A stretch of DNA of 64,000 nucleotides from Myxococcales bacterium (lineage in GTDB: Bacteria; Myxococcota_A; UBA9042), in the NCBI GenBank assembly GCA_947491025.1, contig CANLIC010000002.1, forward strand, positions 128,285-192,284, in the 5' to 3' direction. Both the position numbers and the translations under genes were made by a program. Below the pieces are notes generated by a model. The model was not told the DNA's origin. It made no database searches and was given only the letters and a program-made list of their open reading frames with translations. This document shows positions 44,913 to 54,341 of this stretch, one piece after another (position 1 is the first letter of the stretch; the number at the start of each line of letters is the position of its first letter).

Positions 44913-45629
44913 TCAGTCGTCCCGCTCTTGCAGCACGTCGCGGCCGAGACCGCGCAAGAACCACGCATACTTGGACTCTGCGCTTGGCGCGAACTGGACG
45001 CCTTGCGCCTCCAGCCAGGCCTCCAGGGCCGGGCGCACCAGCGCAGCGTCTTGGTCCTCCAGCTCCAGCTCGAAGCGCTCTTCGCCGCCCGGTCCGAGAC
45101 TGCGGTCGAGCTCGAGGCTAAGCACTGCCCCGGGTGGCGCCGTGGCGTCGAGGGCGGCGCGTGGCACGTCGAAGCACAGCCGTTCGTTGGTGATGGCGCC
45201 TAGCAGATGCAGCGTCGCCGGCGCCTTTTGCAAAGTTTCCAAGGCGAGCGCGATGGGCCTCAGCGCGGTGGGCCATTCCGCCGGACGCAGGGTGGTCGGC
45301 GTTCGCGCTTGCCAGGCCTCGGCGAGCGGCATTGGCAACGCCAGCTCCAGCTCCTCGACTTGCATCAGGCCGTCGTGCAGCCGGGGTCGGTGCTTCAACG
45401 TCAGCTGCGCGCCCCCGGTCTCGAGCCGCAGCCGGAGCATGGCGCGCGCGGCACGCAGGTCGAGTCCTGCGGTGTCGAAGTAGAGGTTGCGCTGGGCGAG
45501 GTGCCGAGGCTCTCCGACGAGCGCATGGAGAGCGGCGGCGAGCGCCGCATGATCGAGCGCAGAGTCCAGCTCGAGCTTCAGCTCGACCTCGACGTGGGCG
45601 GTCGGCGGAAGCTGCGCGTTGGGGCTCAT
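44913..45629 (-). CDS. CYTH-domain (triphosphate tunnel metalloenzyme) protein
   Basis: The N-terminal HVEVELKLEL (ExExK signature) is followed by alternating beta-strands with R/K/E. The start overlaps the mgtE stop (ATGA). Confidence 0.75.
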   Translation of the reverse strand: MSPNAQLPPTAHVEVELKLELDSALDHAALAAALHALVGEPRHLAQRNLYFDTAGLDLRAARAMLRLRLETGGAQLTLKHRPRLHDGLMQVEELELALPMPLAEAWQARTPTTLRPAEWPTALRPIALALETLQKAPATLHLLGAITNERLCFDVPRAALDATAPPGAVLSLELDRSLGPGGEERFELELEDQDAALVRPALEAWLEAQGVQFAPSAESKYAWFLRGLGRDVLQERDD

Positions 45630-46969
45630 ACCAAGATCCAGGACGCGAGGCTGAGATAGATGACGATGCCGATGAGGTCGACGAGGCTGGCGATGAAGGG
45701 CGTCGACGAAACGGCCGGATCGAGGCCGATGCGCTCAAGAAAGATGGGCAGCATGGAGCCGACCACCGTGCCGAGCGTAACGACCGCGACAAGGGTCAGA
45801 CCGACGGTGATGGCAATGGCGCCGCCGTCGCCCCAAAGCAGCGCCCGCAGCGCGCCGATCGTCGCGAGGAGCAGGCCGAGGGTGACGCCCATCGCGAGCT
45901 CGCGCGACAGGACGCGGCTGGCCTGCGACAGGTTGACCTCGCCGACGGCCAGGGCCCGGATGATGAGCGTTGCCGACTGCGAGCCGGAGTTGCCGCCCGA
46001 GCTGATGATCAGGGGCAGAAACGAGACCAGGACGGTCGCGCGCTGGATGACGTCGTCGAACCAGGTGATGGCGTCGCCGGTGAAGAGTTCGCCGACAAAG
46101 AGCGCCACCAGCCACGGCGCGCGCTTGCGGACGAAGGTCACGAAGTCGGTGCCGAAATACGAGTCTTCAAGCGGCCGAACCGCGCCCATCTTGTGAATGT
46201 CTTCGGTTACTTCTTCCGCGAGCGCGTCGGAGAGGTCGTCGACCGTGACCAGACCGAGCAGGCGGTGCTGGTCGTCGATCACGGGCAGCGCGATGAGGTC
46301 GTAGTGTTGGATAAGCCGCGCGGTGTCCTCCGCGGCCATCGCCGGTTGCACCGCCTTCACTTCTTCGCGCATCACCTCGGCGACGGCGGCGTCTGGGCGC
46401 GCAAAGATCAACTCACGCAAGCTGACGACGCCCATGAGCTCACGTGAAGGTCCGAGGACATAGACGTAGTAGACCGTCTCGGCGTCGTCGCCGTGGGTGC
46501 GGACCTGGCCGATGACTTGATCGACCGTCATCGTCGCCGGCACCGCCAGAACGTCGGTCGACATCAGCGAGCCGACGGTACCGTCCTCCCATTGACGGAG
46601 CAGACGGACGTCGGCGACCTCCTCAGGGTCCATCCGGGCGAGCAGCGCGTCGGCGTCGGCGTCAGGTAGCTCGGCGACGAAGTCGGCGCGGTCGTCCGAC
46701 GGCATCTCGTGGACAAGCGGGGCGGCGCGCTCGGGGCCGAGGCGGCGATACAGCTCCACCTGCAGGTCGGGTTCAACCGAGGCGAGCACCTCGGCGCCCT
46801 GCTCCGGGTCGAGCGCGAGCAGCATCTGGACGGCCAGCTCGATCGGCGCGCGCTCGATGAGGTCCGCGAAGTCCTCGGTGTGGAGCTCTTCGAAGAGCTC
46901 GGCGACGGCCTCGCGATCGCGGGCGAAGGCCTCGTCGAGGTCGGGCAGGATCAGCTGCGACAGGCGCAT
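45626..46969 (-). CDS. mgtE: Magnesium transporter MgtE
   Basis: It has an N-domain, tandem CBS domains and a C-terminal MgtE membrane domain (PLIISSGGNSGSQSATLIIRALA). Confidence 0.9.
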   Translation of the reverse strand: MRLSQLILPDLDEAFARDREAVAELFEELHTEDFADLIERAPIELAVQMLLALDPEQGAEVLASVEPDLQVELYRRLGPERAAPLVHEMPSDDRADFVAELPDADADALLARMDPEEVADVRLLRQWEDGTVGSLMSTDVLAVPATMTVDQVIGQVRTHGDDAETVYYVYVLGPSRELMGVVSLRELIFARPDAAVAEVMREEVKAVQPAMAAEDTARLIQHYDLIALPVIDDQHRLLGLVTVDDLSDALAEEVTEDIHKMGAVRPLEDSYFGTDFVTFVRKRAPWLVALFVGELFTGDAITWFDDVIQRATVLVSFLPLIISSGGNSGSQSATLIIRALAVGEVNLSQASRVLSRELAMGVTLGLLLATIGALRALLWGDGGAIAITVGLTLVAVVTLGTVVGSMLPIFLERIGLDPAVSSTPFIASLVDLIGIVIYLSLASWILV

Positions 46970-47079
46970 GGTCGGGCTCCTGGCAGAGAAGGCGGAAGTC
47001 GGGCTGCGCCATGGCGCCGCGGGTGGTGCGGAGGGACGTTACGATGAGGCCTGAGGGGCCGGGTGGGGCCGGGGCGCCG

Positions 47080-47826
47080 CTAGGCTCGGCCGGTACCGCG
47101 CAGGAACATGTAACGAATGGGATCCAGCTCATCGCCGTGCGGATAGGTAGGGCCGAGCCCCTCTTCGGCGCGCATGTCGCCGACCGTCGCCGTGGAAGCT
47201 CCCGCTTTGTTGTGCCGCCACGCCTGCTTGGCGCCGTGCTGCTCCGCCTCCCAGCCTTCGTGGAGATCGAGCATTTCGTCGAGGTCGGCTGGCGTCTGCG
47301 CGGCAAGGCTGAGCAGCACCTGGCCGGCGCAGACCGCGTCTGGTTCCGCGCGGTGGGCTTCCTCGAGCGCGATGCCGAGCCGCTGCGCCACCAGGCCCAG
47401 CTTCATCTTGCCTTGGCCCTTGTGCTGCACCTTGGCCAAGACCAGCGGATCGACAAAGACCGCGCCCTCAGGCAACGCACGCCCGCAGCGCGCAAGCTCG
47501 TACAAGAGGAACGCGCGATCGAAGGGCACGTTGTAGGCGCAGAGCAGGCGACCCTGCAGCTGCTGCAAGAAGGCGTCGGCGATGTCGGCGAAGCGGGGTT
47601 TGCCCTCGACATCGGCTGGGCGAAAGCCACACAACGCCTGCACGTCTTCGGGGATGGAGCGCTCGGGATCGACGACAGCGCTCCAGCGGCCCGAGATCTC
47701 GCCGTCGTCGAAGTGGACGACCGCGACCTCCAGCAGACGGTGGCCCAGGTGCGCTTCGAGGCCCGTGGTCTCGGTGTCGATCACCGCGATGGGTCCGCGC
47801 GCCCAGTGGCCCGGCGGCAGGGTCAT
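47080..47826 (-). CDS. DEDDh 3'-5' exonuclease (DnaQ/epsilon-like)
   Basis: AVIDTETTGL (Exo I), AYNVPFDRAFL (Exo II) and HRAEPDA (Exo III). Confidence 0.8.
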   Translation of the reverse strand: MTLPPGHWARGPIAVIDTETTGLEAHLGHRLLEVAVVHFDDGEISGRWSAVVDPERSIPEDVQALCGFRPADVEGKPRFADIADAFLQQLQGRLLCAYNVPFDRAFLLYELARCGRALPEGAVFVDPLVLAKVQHKGQGKMKLGLVAQRLGIALEEAHRAEPDAVCAGQVLLSLAAQTPADLDEMLDLHEGWEAEQHGAKQAWRHNKAGASTATVGDMRAEEGLGPTYPHGDELDPIRYMFLRGTGRA

Positions 47827-48704
47827 GCCGCGCGCTCCGGCAGAGTCAGGACACCCTGCCCCATCTGCACCGCGTCGCCGAGACCGACGTGGAGCTGCAC
47901 GTCGTCGCGCTCGAAGACCATCACGACGGTGGAGCCCATCTCGAAAACGCCGAATTCCTCGCCCCGACGGAGCGAGAGCGGGTCGTCTGGGCGCTGGCAG
48001 CCGCTGGCGGGCTGGCCATCGTTGGCGGCGAGGTCGGTGAAGACCACCTTCATGTGGCCGACGAAGGTGGCGCCGACCATGATCATCGCAGCGCGGCCGA
48101 ACTCGGTGTCGAAGTGCGCGATAAAGCGCTCATTTTTGGAGAAGAGCCCCGGCACGTGGCGGAGGCCGAGACCGTTGACCGGGTAGAGAGCGCCGGGCAC
48201 GTAGCGCCAGTGGGTGAGGGTACCGTTCCAGGGCGTGTGGACGCGGTGGTAGTTGAAGGGTGCCAAGTAGACCACGGCGTAGCTGCCGTAGCGGTAGGGA
48301 TCGGCTTCGTCGCGGTCGCCGAGCAGCGCATCGAGGCTGTAGTCGACGCCCTTGGCTTGCACGAGCCGGCCGACACCGAGCGGGCCGAACGCGGAGAGGC
48401 GGCCATCGGCGGGCGAGGGCAGCAGGCGTGGATCGGTCTCGATCGCACGAGCGCCCGGCTTGAGGGTCCGGGTAAAGAAGTCCTGGAAGGTCGTATAGTC
48501 CGCGACCGGACGCGACGCTTCATCGAGGGCGACCGGGTAGGCGCGGGAGAAGGCGCGGATGGCGGCGCCGACGACGGGCTTGGGCGCCCGCCAGGTCACG
48601 ACCCGGTGCATCACCTGCGACACCCGAGGATCGCTGACGAGATCGAGCCAACGCGGCGGGGTCGTACCGCCACCGGCGCTGGGTTCTTGGCGCTCGGCGC
48701 TCAT
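47823..48704 (-). CDS. psd: Phosphatidylserine decarboxylase
   Basis: YHRVHTP and FEMGSTVV (the self-cleavage GST site). The ATG at 48704 is preferred because it forms an ATGA overlap with the pfkB-family stop. The track uses a TTG at 48725. Confidence 0.9.
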   Translation of the reverse strand: MSAERQEPSAGGGTTPPRWLDLVSDPRVSQVMHRVVTWRAPKPVVGAAIRAFSRAYPVALDEASRPVADYTTFQDFFTRTLKPGARAIETDPRLLPSPADGRLSAFGPLGVGRLVQAKGVDYSLDALLGDRDEADPYRYGSYAVVYLAPFNYHRVHTPWNGTLTHWRYVPGALYPVNGLGLRHVPGLFSKNERFIAHFDTEFGRAAMIMVGATFVGHMKVVFTDLAANDGQPASGCQRPDDPLSLRRGEEFGVFEMGSTVVMVFERDDVQLHVGLGDAVQMGQGVLTLPERAA

Positions 48705-49633
48705 TCGGACCCTCCTGCCTGCCAATTCACTGCGAGGTCGGACACCACGCCGCGAATGCGCTGGTGACGCTCGACGAGGGTGGCCTGCGTCAGCCGCTCG
48801 AGGCCGTCGACGCTAAAGTCCTCGACCGTGCACGAGGCGACGAGGGTGCCGACGACCATGGCCTCGGCCAGGGTGTCGGTGTCGAATCGGCCGCGGCGCG
48901 CCAGCCAGCCGACAAAACCGCCCGCGAACGAGTCGCCGGCGCCCGTCGGATCCGTGACCTCGCGCAGGGGCACGGCGGGTACCTGAAGCGACCGCTCAGC
49001 GGTAAACAGCCACGCGCCATGCTCGCCACGCTTGATCACCACCGCGCGCGGCCCCATGGCGCGAATCGCCTCGGCCGCCTGCAGCATGTTGCCCGAGCCG
49101 CTGAGGGCGAAGGCCTCTTCGTCGTTGAGCAGCAGCAGGTCTACCCGCGGCATGACCGCCATCAGAGGCTCGCGCTCGCCATTGATCCAGAAGTTCATCG
49201 TGTCGAGGGCGACAAACGCCGGCTTGCGCATGGCGTCGAGCACCTGGCCCTGCAGGCGCGGGTGAATGTTGGCGAGGAAGACGACCTCGGCGTTGCGCAG
49301 CGCTTCCGGGATGACCGGTCGGAAACTCGCGAACACGTTGAGCTCCGTAAAGAGCGTCTCGCGGGTCTCGAAGTAGCGCGAATAGCGGCCGCCCCAGCGA
49401 AAGGTCTCGCCGGGCCGTGTCTCGACGCCCTCGAGGCCCACACCGCGCTTGCGGAGGCGCTCGAGATCGCGCGGGTCAAAGTCTTCGCCGACCACCGCCA
49501 CGATGTCCGTCCGCGCAAAGTGCGACGACGCCATCGAGAAGAAGGTGGCTGAGCCGCCGAGCGCGCGATCCCGCTTGCCGGCCCAAGTCTCCACCGAGTC
49601 GTAGGCCATGGACCCGACCACCAGCACGTGCAT
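48701..49633 (-). CDS. PfkB-family carbohydrate/nucleoside kinase
   Basis: GGSATFFS and VTDPTGAGDSFAGGF (PfkB signature 2). Confidence 0.85.
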   Translation of the reverse strand: MHVLVVGSMAYDSVETWAGKRDRALGGSATFFSMASSHFARTDIVAVVGEDFDPRDLERLRKRGVGLEGVETRPGETFRWGGRYSRYFETRETLFTELNVFASFRPVIPEALRNAEVVFLANIHPRLQGQVLDAMRKPAFVALDTMNFWINGEREPLMAVMPRVDLLLLNDEEAFALSGSGNMLQAAEAIRAMGPRAVVIKRGEHGAWLFTAERSLQVPAVPLREVTDPTGAGDSFAGGFVGWLARRGRFDTDTLAEAMVVGTLVASCTVEDFSVDGLERLTQATLVERHQRIRGVVSDLAVNWQAGGSE

Positions 49634-50514
49634 CAGAGGGCTCCCTGGCGGCGCGCTTGCACCGCATCGAGAAAGAGGGCGAGCCGCGCGCGGGCTTCAG
49701 CCGGAATGGCCTCCGGCGCGGTCATGATGGCGAAGTCGAGGGCCCTGTGGCTTGGACAGGGCGCCGTTGGCGGCGCGTCAGCCAGCGCCTCGATGACGGC
49801 CTTGGCCTTGGCGACATTGGCGCGCATCACCGCGACGACCGCCTCGACCGAGACGTCGTCGTGGCCGGTGTGCCAGCAATCGAAGTCCGTCACCAGGGCC
49901 ATCGTGCAGTAGGCCAGCTCAGCCTCGCGCGCCAGGCGGGCCTCGGGCAGGTTGGTCATGCCGATGACGGCCACGTTGGGCCAGGTACGGTAGAGCGTCG
50001 ACTCGGCGCGGGTGCTGAACTGCGGCCCCTCGATGCAGACGTAGGCACCGCCAAGTCGCAGCTCGACGCCGGCGCGGGCTGCGGCGGCTTGCACCGCGGC
50101 GCGCGTGCGGGCGCTGGTCGGCTCGGCGAACTGCACATGGGCGACGACGCCGCCTTCGAAGAAGGTGCGCGGCCGGGACACCGTGCGATCGATGAAGGAG
50201 TCGACCAGCACCAAGGTCCCCGGCGGTAGATCTTCGCGCATCGAGCCGACCGCAGAGACGCTGACGACGTCGGTGGCGCCGAGCGATCGCAGCGCCCAGA
50301 TGTTGGCGCGGTAGTTGATCTCAGACGGGTTGAAGCGGTGGCCGCGGCCGTGGCGCGGCAAGAACAGCATGCGGGTGCCGTTGCGGACCCCCTCGACGAT
50401 GGCGTCTGAGGGCGCACCGAAGGGCGTCTCGATGCGATGTTCCTGAACGTCATCCAGGCCTTCGACGGCATACAGGCCGCTACCGCCGATGACCGCGATC
50501 ACCGCTCCAGACAT
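49633..50514 (-). CDS. mtnP: S-methyl-5'-thioadenosine phosphorylase
   Basis: VIGGSGLY, ETPFGAPS, FLPRHGRGH, INYRANIWAL, CIEGPQFSTRAES and TDFDCW. Confidence 0.9.
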   Translation of the reverse strand: MSGAVIAVIGGSGLYAVEGLDDVQEHRIETPFGAPSDAIVEGVRNGTRMLFLPRHGRGHRFNPSEINYRANIWALRSLGATDVVSVSAVGSMREDLPPGTLVLVDSFIDRTVSRPRTFFEGGVVAHVQFAEPTSARTRAAVQAAAARAGVELRLGGAYVCIEGPQFSTRAESTLYRTWPNVAVIGMTNLPEARLAREAELAYCTMALVTDFDCWHTGHDDVSVEAVVAVMRANVAKAKAVIEALADAPPTAPCPSHRALDFAIMTAPEAIPAEARARLALFLDAVQARRQGAL

Positions 50515-50616
50515 CGTGGCCTCCGTGGGGGCAAGCTCGTTGGGGTCGAAGGTGAGGGGGCCGGTGGCGGGGCTGCGCCGGGCGATTCGAGGCGGCGGCA
50601 GCGCTGGCCGTGCCGA

Positions 50617-51075
50617 CTAGGGGCGGCTCATCGCCGTCGGGGCGGCCTCCTCCGAGGGCCCCTCCTGGCCACCTGCGCGCAGGCGGTCGGCGACGTAGCG
50701 GTCGATGTGGTCCTGATCTTCGGGCGACAGATCGATGAACGCGATGGCGAGGCCGGTGCTGAAGCCGCGCAGCCGGCGCGTTCCGACGACCTCGCCGCGG
50801 ACGGCGATCGACGACTCGGCGTCGGGCAACTCGAACTCGAGCTCGATGTACTGGCGATCGAGGGCGCTGCGCAGCGAGTACGAGTGGCTTTCCAGGAAAA
50901 TGCCGGTGGCCGAGAGGTTCAACGCCGGGTGGACGAACATGCGATCGCCGTCGACTTCGCGGACGAAGAGCTCAACCTCGACGCGTTGCGCGCTGCGGCG
51001 ATCCTCTTCATCGGTCGTCGCGGCGGCTACCGCCTGTTCGGCCAAGGCGGCCGCTGCCGGCAAAATCTCGGTCAT
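50617..51075 (-). CDS. PilZ-domain protein
   Basis: RRSAQRVEV...NLSATGIFLE matches the RxxxR...(D/N)xSxxG c-di-GMP-binding motifs. Confidence 0.75.
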   Translation of the reverse strand: MTEILPAAAALAEQAVAAATTDEEDRRSAQRVEVELFVREVDGDRMFVHPALNLSATGIFLESHSYSLRSALDRQYIELEFELPDAESSIAVRGEVVGTRRLRGFSTGLAIAFIDLSPEDQDHIDRYVADRLRAGGQEGPSEEAAPTAMSRP

Positions 51076-51316
51076 CGAGGGCCTCCTAGGCGGCCGGTCG
51101 GGGCCGCAGGGAGCGGGTTCCGCGCTGGCGAGGCCGGGCGGTAGGGGCAGGGAGGGTAGGGATGAATCGGGGCGGGGTCAATGGGCACGGCAGGGGGGCT
51201 TGCGTTGGCCGCGCGTTGGTCTTAGAGTCCCCGTCGCCTTCCGGGGGAACGCCCCACAGGAAGGCTGGCGCGGACCTGAGCGGTCGGCGCAGCGCGGCCC
51301 GGAGACGGGCGACCTC

Positions 51317-51389
<73 letters not shown>

Positions 51390-51562
51390 CCGAGTTCAAA
51401 AACATCTGAAGTTCTGGCTGGTTCGCGGATTCCGCGGCGTGATCGCTGCTGACGTATTCGCCGCTGGCGTGGTCTTCGTCGCCCCTGCCTGCCTGGCAGC
51501 CGACGACCGTCGGCGTTGCCGGAGGCTTCACGCGCCGTCGAAGCCTGCCGCGTCCGCGCGCA

Positions 51563-52933
51563 TTAGCGGTCGCGACGGCCTGGCGTCGAGGGCAGCGCGG
51601 TTCGCTTCGGAAGCGTCGGCGGAGCCTTGCGGTACTGTTGCCAGGTGGCCGGTGCCGGCCCTGGGCCTGCCTCGACGCTGCCGCGGCGCAGGGCCATCCA
51701 GAGGAAGGTAGCGGCGATGATCGCCGTGATGCCGATCACGATCAAATCGACGGCGCGGTTGCGTCGACCGGTAGGAGCCCGCAGCGCCTGCGCCCGCTGG
51801 CGATCGAGTTCCTGCAGCGCCGTCCGCAGCTTGGCCTCAGCGAGGGCGTCGCCAAGCTCAGGCCTCGCTACCGATGACGGCTGGCCACCGTCGCTGCGCT
51901 GCGGGACAGAGCCGGCGTCGGCTGCGACCGAAGCGAATGACGTGATGCCCACCGCGCTGGGCCGCGACTGCCGCTGCTTGCGAAAGCGGGAGACGAATGC
52001 GGTCGTTCCGGCCCACGCCGCGAGCGGGATGATCGGCGATCCCATCTCCCACGGACCGCCGCCGCGCACGATGGAGACCCGCGCCACGCCGTCGTCGCCG
52101 AGTCGTGTCGCGATCGCTTCCCGTAGGGCGGCGAGGGCGCCGGCGCGGCCGAGCGGATGCGGCGAGAGAGCGGCGAGCAGCGGAGGCGCCAGCAAGGGCG
52201 CGCAGCCGCGGACCTCAGCGACGACGTCGGCTGGAGGCCCTTCCTCCATCGCAAACCGCTGCAGGTCGGCCGCAGCCTCGGGGAAGACGGGCCGGCCGAT
52301 GAGCAGCGAGACGCCGATGGCCCCGAGCGCAAAGACGTCGGAGGGGGGACCCGGCGAGCGGCCGCTGGCGACCTCCGGTGCGACGACGCCGGGCTCGTCG
52401 TAGAGGAGCGCGTACGACTGGCCATCGGCGCCGCCGATGTCGAAGCCGCCAGCCTCGATGAGGCTGGGCAGACCGGCGCCGAGGAGACGCAGCGCCGCGA
52501 CGCCGTCGCTGCCGGGCGGGGCGAGAAAGAGCCGCCGGGTCGAGAGGCAACCCAGCACGAGCTCGCGGCCATGCGCCAGCACCAGCGCAGCGGCGAGATC
52601 GTGGAGCAGCGCGGCGACCATGGCCTCCGGCATCGCTCCGTGGCGCGCCGCGACCTCGTCGAGCTGGCTGCCGTCGGGGGCCTGCCAGCACAAGCGGACG
52701 CTCCGGCCGTCGGCGGCGGCGCTGGCGTGGACCAGCGGGATCAGCGACGGGTGGCGGGCGCGCTGGCAGCGACTCGCCATCGCCAATGCCGCATCTGCGC
52801 CCTCGCGGCCGCCAGGGATGTCGAGCTCGTGCACGTCCTCCGAGCCGCGCGGCCCTTGCCCTTCACTGACCGACTGACGGCCCCAAGGCGTCACCCGCAC
52901 CAGGAAGTCGCTGGCCGGCGGTGACTGCCTCAT
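51563..52933 (-). CDS. Membrane-anchored protein-kinase-like protein with degenerate catalytic motifs (pseudokinase candidate)
   Basis: Start set at the ATG at 52933 (MRQSPPASDF), which overlaps the aldolase stop (ATGA). It has a kinase-like C-lobe (VVAPEV...PSDVFALGAIGVSLLIG). However, HRDxK is replaced by HGRELVLGCLS and DFG by LLGAGL. The C-terminal TM helix is LIVIGITAIIAATFLWMAL. Confidence 0.65.
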   Translation of the reverse strand: MRQSPPASDFLVRVTPWGRQSVSEGQGPRGSEDVHELDIPGGREGADAALAMASRCQRARHPSLIPLVHASAAADGRSVRLCWQAPDGSQLDEVAARHGAMPEAMVAALLHDLAAALVLAHGRELVLGCLSTRRLFLAPPGSDGVAALRLLGAGLPSLIEAGGFDIGGADGQSYALLYDEPGVVAPEVASGRSPGPPSDVFALGAIGVSLLIGRPVFPEAAADLQRFAMEEGPPADVVAEVRGCAPLLAPPLLAALSPHPLGRAGALAALREAIATRLGDDGVARVSIVRGGGPWEMGSPIIPLAAWAGTTAFVSRFRKQRQSRPSAVGITSFASVAADAGSVPQRSDGGQPSSVARPELGDALAEAKLRTALQELDRQRAQALRAPTGRRNRAVDLIVIGITAIIAATFLWMALRRGSVEAGPGPAPATWQQYRKAPPTLPKRTALPSTPGRRDR

Positions 52934-53805
52934 TCGGCAGCCTTGCGAAGTGCCGCCAAGACGGCCTCGACGAGCGCGGCCTCGACGTTGGCGGCCTCGC
53001 TGGAGGCTGTCGGCGCGAGTGCTGTCCCAGATCGCATCGTCGGTGCGTCCACCACCGCAGCGCCGCGACGCGCCCCGGCGGGCTCGAGCGGTGGACAGCC
53101 GACTGCGCCAGGTTCCGCGGGCGGACGGCCGGCGATGCGGTGCAGGTGGGCGACCTCGGCCGGGGCGATCGGTCTCGGCGCGCCGATGGCGTGTGCCATC
53201 CAAGCGATCTTGGCGCTGTGTTCCAGCGCGTCGAGGCGGAGCACGGCCTCATCGAGGGTGGCGCCGACGGTGACGCTGCCGTGGCGCGGCATCAGGACCA
53301 CGTCGTAGCAACGCAGGTACGCCTGCAACACCTGACCGACCTCGGCGGTGGTCGGCGTGGTGTAGGGCGCGGTCGCGGGGAGCCCAAAGGCAAATACCAC
53401 CTCGGAGACATAGATCTGCGAGAGCGGTACGCCAGCGAGCTCGAGCGCGACCGCGGCCGGCGGGTGGGCGTGGATAACCGCACCGATCTCCTCGCGCGCC
53501 GCGTACGCGGCGAGGTGCAGCACCAGCTCGGAGGAGGGCTTGCGGCCGCGGGCAGCTTCAAGCGTGCGCCCCTGCAGGTCGACGATCACGAGATCGTCGG
53601 GGTGGAGATGGCCCTTGTGACAGGCCGAAGGCGTGGTGAGAACCCGCCGTGCGTCGAGTCGGATGCTGAGGTTGCCATCGCCGGCGCCGCCAAGCCCGCG
53701 CTGCCAGATCTCGCGGGCCGCCTCGCAGATCGCGGCCCGAGCGGCGCCTTCGTCAAGGCGCTCCCGCGGCACTCCGGGCTTGCCGGCTCGGTGAGCGTTC
53801 CCCAT
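52930..53805 (-). CDS. Class II aldolase/adducin-family protein
   Basis: GDGNLSIR, SSELVLHLAAY, AVIHAHPP and LMPRHGSVTVG. Start set at the ATG at 53805. Confidence 0.8.
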   Translation of the reverse strand: MGNAHRAGKPGVPRERLDEGAARAAICEAAREIWQRGLGGAGDGNLSIRLDARRVLTTPSACHKGHLHPDDLVIVDLQGRTLEAARGRKPSSELVLHLAAYAAREEIGAVIHAHPPAAVALELAGVPLSQIYVSEVVFAFGLPATAPYTTPTTAEVGQVLQAYLRCYDVVLMPRHGSVTVGATLDEAVLRLDALEHSAKIAWMAHAIGAPRPIAPAEVAHLHRIAGRPPAEPGAVGCPPLEPAGARRGAAVVDAPTMRSGTALAPTASSEAANVEAALVEAVLAALRKAAE

Positions 53806-53815
53806 GGCGCGAGCC

Positions 53816-54256
53816 TCAACGGGCGCGGTCGACGACGCGCCGCTGGCCGGTGAACGAAAAAGCGTCGATGCGCCAGACCCGCTCCTCAAGCACCAGCCTG
53901 AGGTCGTAGGTGCTCTTGGTCGCCTGATCGCTGTCGCGCCTCAGGGTCAGCCATGCGACGGTGCCTGAGGGCTCGACTTCGATGCCCTCGATGCGTTCGG
54001 TGACGAGAAAGTAGAAGGGGTGGCTGCGGGTGGTTCGCGGATCGCGGCCGCGGGCGAGCCCAGCGAGCCCGGCGATGACCGGCCGCGACTTGTCGGTGAA
54101 CGCCGCCAAGAACGCCTGCTCATCGCCCAAACGGGCGGCGGCGACGGCGGAGAGGAAAGCCTTATCGACCGGCGGGACATAGAAGTAGCGCAGGTACGCC
54201 CAGCCGAGCGCGCCGATGACCAGCACCAAGAAGAAGCCGAGCAGCGCCTTCTTCAC
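53816..54256 (-). CDS. Small N-terminally anchored protein, hypothetical
   Basis: MKKALLGFFLVLVIGALGWAYL anchor. It is distantly similar to the next gene (AFLAAF.. versus AFLALC.., ..RVWRIDAF versus ..GQWRLDLI). Confidence 0.55.
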   Translation of the reverse strand: MKKALLGFFLVLVIGALGWAYLRYFYVPPVDKAFLSAVAAARLGDEQAFLAAFTDKSRPVIAGLAGLARGRDPRTTRSHPFYFLVTERIEGIEVEPSGTVAWLTLRRDSDQATKSTYDLRLVLEERVWRIDAFSFTGQRRVVDRAR

Positions 54257-54341
54257 GCACCCCTCCTGCGGCCCAGACGGGCGGACGGCGCGCCGAGGCG
54301 AACCGTCTGCAAAGGCGCCGCCGGGCGCAGGCGACGACGGA

